From assembly GCA_019057635.1 (NCBI GenBank), contig DXJL01000189.1, forward strand, positions 1-12,581: a stretch of DNA of 12,581 bases. The letters run 5' to 3'. Below are positions 7,152 to 12,581 of the stretch, one piece after another. The notes beneath the pieces are model-generated. The model searched no databases. It was not told where the DNA came from and was given only the letters and a program-made list of their open reading frames with translations. The translations under genes were made by a program, and so were the position numbers. This stretch comes from Candidatus Heimdallarchaeota archaeon (GTDB taxonomy: Archaea; Asgardarchaeota; Heimdallarchaeia; Hodarchaeales; Hodarchaeaceae). The first letter of the stretch is position 1; every line of letters starts with the position of its first letter.

Positions 7152-8054
7152 ATGAGTGATTTTTTCAGTTTAACTTCAAATAGTAACAAAGAAGCGCAAG
7201 ATCTACTTGTTCTTGGAATTTCATGGGATAAAGCATCCTCTTACAGATTCGGCTCTTTACAGGGTCCGAATTATATTAGAAACGCTACATCATCAAAGAT
7301 TTACAACACTTTTACAGAAACAGGAATAGATTTATCGCAACGATGGAAAGTAAATGATCTTGGAAACATTGATACAAAAGATAAGAATTTTAGTGAGATT
7401 ATCAATAGTATTAGTGACCAGGTAGAAGAACATAGGACCGAAGAACCAATATTATTCTTAGGTGGCGATCATTTAATCACCTATTTTTGTTTACATGCAA
7501 TAAACCCAAAAAATATGGGTATCATATACTTTGATGCTCATCCTGATCTATATAATCATTATGAAGGAAATAAATATTCCCATGCATGTGTTTTAAGAAG
7601 GGTATTAGAGTATACAGATATTAAACCTCACAATTTAGTTCAAATTGGCATTAGAGCGTTTACAAACGAGCAAAGTGTTTTTGCGATTGAGAACGATATT
7701 TTGGTCTTTCCACGAAAGGAAGTGCAAAAGCTTGAAAGTAAGGAAATAGCTACTCAAATTAAAAACAAATTAGGCCATTTAGAACAAATATACCTTTCTA
7801 TAGATCTAGATGTTTTAGATCCCGCCTATGCCCCAGGTGTAGGAAATCCTGAACCAGCGGGTCTATCAACGTCTAACATTATAGATCTAATACATGAATT
7901 AGCAGGATTACCAATAAAGTTCTTTGATATCGTAGAAATTAACCCCAAACATGATTACTCAAAGGTTACAGGATATACCGCGGCTAAAATCATCAAAGAA
8001 ATTCTTGGGATAATTCCACAGAAATCTGTCAGAACGCCTCCCTATAAGGTTTAA
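7152..8054 (+). CDS. speB: Agmatinase (ureohydrolase/arginase family)
   Basis: GSLQGPNYIR, LGGDHLIT, FDAHPDL, SHAC, QIGIR, SIDLDVLDPAYAPGVGNPEPAGL and DIVEINP provide the complete binuclear metal-binding set. Confidence 0.92.
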   Translation: MSDFFSLTSNSNKEAQDLLVLGISWDKASSYRFGSLQGPNYIRNATSSKIYNTFTETGIDLSQRWKVNDLGNIDTKDKNFSEIINSISDQVEEHRTEEPILFLGGDHLITYFCLHAINPKNMGIIYFDAHPDLYNHYEGNKYSHACVLRRVLEYTDIKPHNLVQIGIRAFTNEQSVFAIENDILVFPRKEVQKLESKEIATQIKNKLGHLEQIYLSIDLDVLDPAYAPGVGNPEPAGLSTSNIIDLIHELAGLPIKFFDIVEINPKHDYSKVTGYTAAKIIKEILGIIPQKSVRTPPYKV

Positions 8055-8068
8055 TAAGTGAAGCAAAA

Positions 8069-8650
8069 GTGTCTGTTCCCTTAAACATTAAATTAAAGAT
8101 TAAATTTTCTCTTGAAAATGGTTATTCTAATCGACAATCAGTAATTGTTCAAAAGGGGAAATCTGAATCATTAACACATATAATCCTGAAACTGTTCGCA
8201 TTCCTTTATTTCTACAAGAGTAATCAGGAACTAATTATAGAACCAAGATTTCGATATCGCAGATTTAAACCTGATTTAATAGCTTTCAAAAATCCAGAAA
8301 TTCCCCAAGAGATGAATTCTGATATAGATATCTGGATCGAGTGCAAGAAAGTGAAGATCTCTAAACTAAAGAAACTTGCCCGATATTTACCTACGTCGAA
8401 AATTTATTGGTTCCATCTCAATCATAATATCACACGAAAAATGAAACCTATTTTGGATTCGAAGAATGTAGAGCTAGTTGAGGTCAGGATGAGGAGAAAA
8501 GATCAAACTCGATTAGAAAATAGCTTATTAAATCATTCCCCGATCTGGAATGTAAAGCAGTATGAGCCTTCTCAAGTTATTATTAGTACTTTAAACAACG
8601 AAATTAATGTCGAATTTCAAGTTATCAATTCTCTCTCTTCGGTTGGATAA
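8069..8650 (+). CDS. YaeQ-like PD-(D/E)XK-fold protein
   Basis: ESLTHIILKLFAF, KPDL and IWIECKK...KLKKL match the YaeQ-like pattern. GTG start 14 nt after the agmatinase stop suggests an operon. Confidence 0.65.
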   Translation: MSVPLNIKLKIKFSLENGYSNRQSVIVQKGKSESLTHIILKLFAFLYFYKSNQELIIEPRFRYRRFKPDLIAFKNPEIPQEMNSDIDIWIECKKVKISKLKKLARYLPTSKIYWFHLNHNITRKMKPILDSKNVELVEVRMRRKDQTRLENSLLNHSPIWNVKQYEPSQVIISTLNNEINVEFQVINSLSSVG

Positions 8651-8656
8651 AAAAAA
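8649..8656 (-). terminator. Possible oligo(T) terminator for the surface-protein gene
   Basis: A8 run on + (T8 on -) about 25 nt downstream of the 8681 stop, in a convergent gap. Confidence 0.35.
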
Positions 8657-8680
8657 GAGATTAAGTTGTAAGAAATATTA

Positions 8681-10000
8681 CTACTTTTTACGACTATTAT
8701 AAATCCAATAAAATATTCCAAATGCAATTAGTACGATTGGGAGAGAAAAACCAGGGGAGATCGATGGAGCTGTCAACTCTTCTGTCGTGGATGAATCGTC
8801 ATCTTCTGTGGTTGTATCTGTTTCAGAACTCGTAGAATCCTCTGTTGTAGTGGTTGTAGAATTACCTATTATAGGATCTGTTGTTTGCGGTTCAGGGATG
8901 ATAGTTTCTGTAGTTGTTTCAGGGGTTGTAGTAGTAATTACAGTAGTTGTCGTTTCAGTTCCAATTAGGGCATTTGTGTCGTCAAGGTAGTGATATTCAT
9001 CAGAGAGGGTATAAGCGATTAGAAGACCCGAGCTGACTTCATACCAATAAGTACTATTCTCAAGGGGCCTTGAAATATTCCACACTTCGAAATCACCAAC
9101 AGGTACTGAAATGTTTACCTTGTCGGTAACCTGAAAGCTCTCCATACCGAGTGTTACATTTTCTCCAAGAGTTAATTCATTCACATTAATCCATAAAGGC
9201 CAGCCCAAGTCAAAACCTAGCGAGACGAATGTCCATAAATACACACGATCCGTCCAAATAAATTTTGAAATGCTGGACTGGTCAATCAGACTCCCATCAC
9301 CAAACATGTCAACAAAATAATGGGAAACATTCTCACCTGTAACTATAACAGTTTCATTGAGAAGAATAGTTCCATTAACGTCTGTATAAAGGTAAGCTGC
9401 TCTATATCCCACAAAAGGAATATTTGTTTCATCTTGAGATGATGATTTACTTAGATCTCCATTTGTTGTAAGCAAATAGTTTAATCCTTCACCTGAATCA
9501 TATCCAAGCAGAAGACCTGTTGTAACATGGTAATTGTAAAGTCGACCATCGGTCGTATTTATGATAAAGACTGGAAATGTGCCTAACGGGATAGTAAGAT
9601 AATCAACACCAATAACCTCAAGAGATACATCTCCTAGTGTAACATTTTCTCCAACGGTAAGTCTATCAACACTGATCCAACCTGCCCATCCCCATCCCGC
9701 GGGTTGACCAAAATCCCACAAATAGGAATAATCGACCCATACGTCTTTACTAATGACAGATGAAATAGGTAATGAATCATTAGGATATAACTCAAGAAAA
9801 AAGTGAGTCGAATTTTCATCAACGATTTCAACCGTTTCATTATATCCGATGTCATTTACCCATGTAGCAACCAAACCAACTGAAGGAATTGGAACAGAAG
9901 AAGAAACTTGTTTAATCGTTCCCTTTCCAGCAGTAAAAATGGATAAAATAAGAAGTAAACCAAGGAAAATTAAGAATAAATTATTTTTATGCGATACCAT
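8681..10000 (-). CDS. Secreted cell-surface glycoprotein with two beta-rich repeats, Thr/Ser/acidic linker and PGF-CTERM-like sorting signal
   Basis: Hydrophobic N-terminal signal, two homologous ~145 aa domains, many N-x-S/T sequons and a Thr-rich stretch (aa ~348-410). The C-terminus is SPGF + TM helix + RKK. Confidence 0.85.
   Translation of the reverse strand: MVSHKNNLFLIFLGLLLILSIFTAGKGTIKQVSSSVPIPSVGLVATWVNDIGYNETVEIVDENSTHFFLELYPNDSLPISSVISKDVWVDYSYLWDFGQPAGWGWAGWISVDRLTVGENVTLGDVSLEVIGVDYLTIPLGTFPVFIINTTDGRLYNYHVTTGLLLGYDSGEGLNYLLTTNGDLSKSSSQDETNIPFVGYRAAYLYTDVNGTILLNETVIVTGENVSHYFVDMFGDGSLIDQSSISKFIWTDRVYLWTFVSLGFDLGWPLWINVNELTLGENVTLGMESFQVTDKVNISVPVGDFEVWNISRPLENSTYWYEVSSGLLIAYTLSDEYHYLDDTNALIGTETTTTVITTTTPETTTETIIPEPQTTDPIIGNSTTTTTEDSTSSETDTTTEDDDSSTTEELTAPSISPGFSLPIVLIAFGIFYWIYNSRKK
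8972..9889 (-). repeat. Intragenic tandem domain duplication (aa 38-180 and aa 194-343)
   Basis: Colinear matches: IPSVG/IPFVG, NETV/NETV, ENSTHF/ENVSHY, ISKDVW/ISKFIW, YLW/YLW, WISVDRLTVGENVTLG/WINVNELTLGENVTLG, IPLGTF/VPVGDF, TGLLLGY/SGLLIAY, YLLTTN/YLDDTN. Confidence 0.9.
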
Positions 10001-10216
10001 AGCAAAATCACTCTGTTAATTACAATCCAATCAGCTTAAAAAACTAACTGTAACCGAAGAATAAACTTTTAGAGAGAATTTTTACTCTCTTAACGTATTT
10101 GATCACATTACAGCTCACAAATAAAACAAAAGAGAACAATACTTGCCAAAATTAAAGAAAGATGTTTTTGGTCTATCTCTCACGACATTATAAACAAATG
10201 TCAATTCTGTAGATAT

Positions 10217-11185
10217 TCATTTTTCCAAAAGAGGAATTATCTCTCCTATCTTTTCCTTTAATTTACTAGCAGACTTTTTTAATAATAGCTGTTCTTGTTC
10301 ATTTAACTTGATTTCCAGAACTTTTTTAACACCTTTCTTAGTAATTATTGCAGGTAAACTCAGATATACATCATGAATGTCCTGAAAGCCATTTACCAAG
10401 CAGGAAACAGGTAAGATTGAATTTTCATCATTAAAGATTGCAGCAGTGATCCTTACAAGGGCTAATCCAATTCCATACGAAGTCTCTCCTTTCTTCTTGA
10501 TTATCTTAGCACCTGAATCACGTACCTCAATAAAGATTTTCTCAAGTTCCTCTTCATGATTACAGATATTACAGTTCTCACAGATAGGACAGTATTCTTT
10601 AATCAAGTTACCCCCAACTAGAACTCTACTCCAGACAGGAAATTCTGTTTCACCGTGCTCTCCTAAGATATAGCCATGAACATTCCGAGGATCAACTTTA
10701 CAATGAGCAGCGATTAGATTACGAAAACGAGCAGTATCTAACACTGTACCCGCACCGATTACTTCTGATTCGGGTTTTTTTGAAATTTTCTGGGCCACAT
10801 AAGATAGAATATCAACAGGATTTGTCACTACCAGAAAAAGAGCTGCAGGAGCATGCTTCGTGATTTTAGGAATAATTTCTTTGTAAAGGGTGACATTAGC
10901 TTTAGTTAATTCTAAGCGTGATTCTCCAAGTTTACGATTTCTTCCTGCAGTAATCACAACAAGATCAGATCCTTGGATATCTTCATATTCTCCTACTTCT
11001 AGCTTAACAGGTGAAGTATACGGAATACCATGTGATAAATCCATGATTTCTCCTTGCACTTTTTGTTTATCGATATCTACAATTATAATATGACGTGCAA
11101 GTCCTCTAATCATTAAAGCATAAGCATAACGGATCCCGACATTTCCCCCCCCAATTATGGCGACTTTAGGGCTCAGTTCTCGCAT
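10217..11185 (-). CDS. ldh: L-lactate/malate dehydrogenase family protein (LDH-like scaffold with Arg at the specificity position)
   Basis: IIGGGNVG (NAD binding), DLSHG, VITAG, VTNPVD, GTVLDTARF, GEHG (catalytic His) and KGETSYGIG. The substrate is uncertain (see findings). Confidence 0.9.
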   Translation of the reverse strand: MRELSPKVAIIGGGNVGIRYAYALMIRGLARHIIIVDIDKQKVQGEIMDLSHGIPYTSPVKLEVGEYEDIQGSDLVVITAGRNRKLGESRLELTKANVTLYKEIIPKITKHAPAALFLVVTNPVDILSYVAQKISKKPESEVIGAGTVLDTARFRNLIAAHCKVDPRNVHGYILGEHGETEFPVWSRVLVGGNLIKEYCPICENCNICNHEEELEKIFIEVRDSGAKIIKKKGETSYGIGLALVRITAAIFNDENSILPVSCLVNGFQDIHDVYLSLPAIITKKGVKKVLEIKLNEQEQLLLKKSASKLKEKIGEIIPLLEK

Positions 11186-11229
11186 AAAGAAAGTTAGATT
11201 TCAACGCTTATTATCGTTTAGGAATGAAA

Positions 11230-12321
11230 TTAGTAGTAAAACTCCCTTGCTTTTTCTGCAAAGCTAGCATCAGTGAGAATATGTGTATTATCAATGAATT
11301 GATCTACGGATCCTATAGAGTATTTCACTTTATCAAGTGGAGGTCTTAGCAATTTTTTTAATTCTACGATTATCTTCTGGACATCGATAACAGTTTGATC
11401 ACGAGAGTGATACTGAGTAGGCTTCAATTTTATTTCGGGTGAAATTTTAAGAGAATTTTGATAATTAAGGAGAATGAGATAGGCTTTACTCAATAATTCC
11501 TCCCGTTTTTGCCAACTATTTTGGTCCAAAATGGCCAGCAGGACAGGTTGTAAATCAGTGGCAATTGGTAGAAACGAAAACGAATAGGCGAACCATTTAG
11601 GATAAGGTATGTATTTTTTGCTTAAAATAAACGCCAGTCTAATAATATATCTCACAAGTCGAGCTGCTTCAAGTTTGGATCCTAAATCATCTCCTCTAGG
11701 AGCGGATCGTCCAACAAAAGCCATTTCTTCAGCAATATGATCCCATTCAGACACTAGTTTGTAGTACCAGACATTGTCAGGATAATAATTAAAGAATTTT
11801 CTTACTTTCAGTATTTTTCCATGGCCATGATGATACACTCTGCCAGATGTTATCTCTAACAGTCTTTGTTCAGGTAAAATGAGCCAATCAATATTTGTTA
11901 ACTCTATTGTTTCAATGTTTAAAACCTTCATTAAATAAGCACTTATGCTGTAGATTTTCACACGATGGTTTACTAGGCCTGAAGATCTTGGTTCTAAGAA
12001 CTGATTCATGGCGTCTGATGGGTCAGGTTCGCTCCAATGAGTCGAATAACCTCGGATACAATAAGGTAATTTTTGCTGTAGCAGTAAAATTATCTCATTT
12101 TTGTTCTTTGAGTAGTCTGTTTCTCCTAAGAATAACTGCAGACGGGGCCCCCAGTGATGATCTGAGGATACGGGATCATCGAACTCCAACACCTCGGATC
12201 CAGGACCGATTAATGCCGCATCATACCTCAATAAAGGATAATTTTCAGTTAAAATTGGTTTAACTGCTTCTTCAAAAAAAATACGAGACAATTCCAATCC
12301 AGGGATAAAGGAAGGTACCAT
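11230..12321 (-). CDS. DUF4037-domain protein (putative nucleotidyltransferase-like fold)
   Basis: GLELSRIFF, LIGPGSEVLEFDDPVSSDHHWGPR, PEQRLLEITSGRVY, YYPDNVW and YIPYPKW match the DUF4037 family as I recall it. Confidence 0.8.
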   Translation of the reverse strand: MVPSFIPGLELSRIFFEEAVKPILTENYPLLRYDAALIGPGSEVLEFDDPVSSDHHWGPRLQLFLGETDYSKNKNEIILLLQQKLPYCIRGYSTHWSEPDPSDAMNQFLEPRSSGLVNHRVKIYSISAYLMKVLNIETIELTNIDWLILPEQRLLEITSGRVYHHGHGKILKVRKFFNYYPDNVWYYKLVSEWDHIAEEMAFVGRSAPRGDDLGSKLEAARLVRYIIRLAFILSKKYIPYPKWFAYSFSFLPIATDLQPVLLAILDQNSWQKREELLSKAYLILLNYQNSLKISPEIKLKPTQYHSRDQTVIDVQKIIVELKKLLRPPLDKVKYSIGSVDQFIDNTHILTDASFAEKAREFYY

Positions 12322-12581
12322 AGATTAATATTCTCTCCCATTGATTGCCACTTTGGGGCTAAGTCCTTGCATAACGAGAGAGTTTCCCTCGAGCTTATAA
12401 TAAATGCTAAACTGTGAAATCCTTTGAAAAGACATCACATTGGATAATAGAATAAGTATGCTGTTTAGAGAAGAGAGATTGATATACTCACCGTAAGATT
12501 TCGTTAATAGGGATTCACCTAATAGAAAAAAACCTTTTAACAGAGATCAAATATTAATTTGAACAAATTATTTTGAGCAAA

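Noticed and set aside
8790-8960. GTT/GTA-rich low-complexity DNA as a tandem repeat or CRISPR array
   Set aside because: It is explained by Thr codons of the linker, with no constant repeat-spacer periodicity.
8787-9855. ORFs 8787-8990 (+) and 9634-9855 (-)
   Set aside because: The first is the Val/Ser-rich antisense mirror of the Thr-rich linker; the second is an alternative frame inside the surface-protein gene.
10071-10090. AGAGAG-N8-CTCTCT hairpin upstream of the surface-protein gene
   Set aside because: The stem is only 6 bp and low complexity, which is expected by chance.
10890-12263. ORFs 10890-11093 (+) and 11895-12263 (+)
   Set aside because: They are antisense to the dehydrogenase and DUF4037 genes and have no independent support.
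12322-12581. Terminal 260 nt as a possible ncRNA or gene fragment
   Set aside because: No ORF, tRNA-like fold or strong stem was seen. It is consistent with AT-rich promoter DNA (TTTATTATAA-like element at ~12395-12404 on the minus strand).

Overview
AT-rich, gene-dense archaeal-looking window, most likely from an Asgard archaeon. This is inferred from a degenerate Ras/Rab-like protein, a tandem longin-like protein, a PGF-CTERM-type surface glycoprotein and GGTG(A) ribosome-binding sites. It holds 12 credible CDS: an amino-DNA methyltransferase, a VOC/HPPD-like metalloenzyme, a longin-like protein, a pseudo-GTPase, an HgcB-like ferredoxin, a SAM-methyltransferase::HgcA-like fusion, Tag glycosylase, agmatinase, a YaeQ-like protein, a two-repeat surface glycoprotein, an LDH/MDH-family dehydrogenase and a DUF4037 protein. 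The standout is the minus-strand two-gene unit at 4342-6285. It encodes an HgcA-like corrinoid membrane protein (cap helix NVWCAAGG, about 5 TM helices) with a complete class I SAM-dependent methyltransferase domain fused at its N-terminus. A separate HgcB-like 2[4Fe-4S] ferredoxin with the CIECGAC motif and a C-terminal Cys-Cys follows 12 nt later. This looks like a self-contained SAM-to-cobalamin-to-metal(loid) methylation module. No RNA genes, CRISPR arrays or mobile elements were recognised. All family assignments come from motif recognition by eye; no searches were run.
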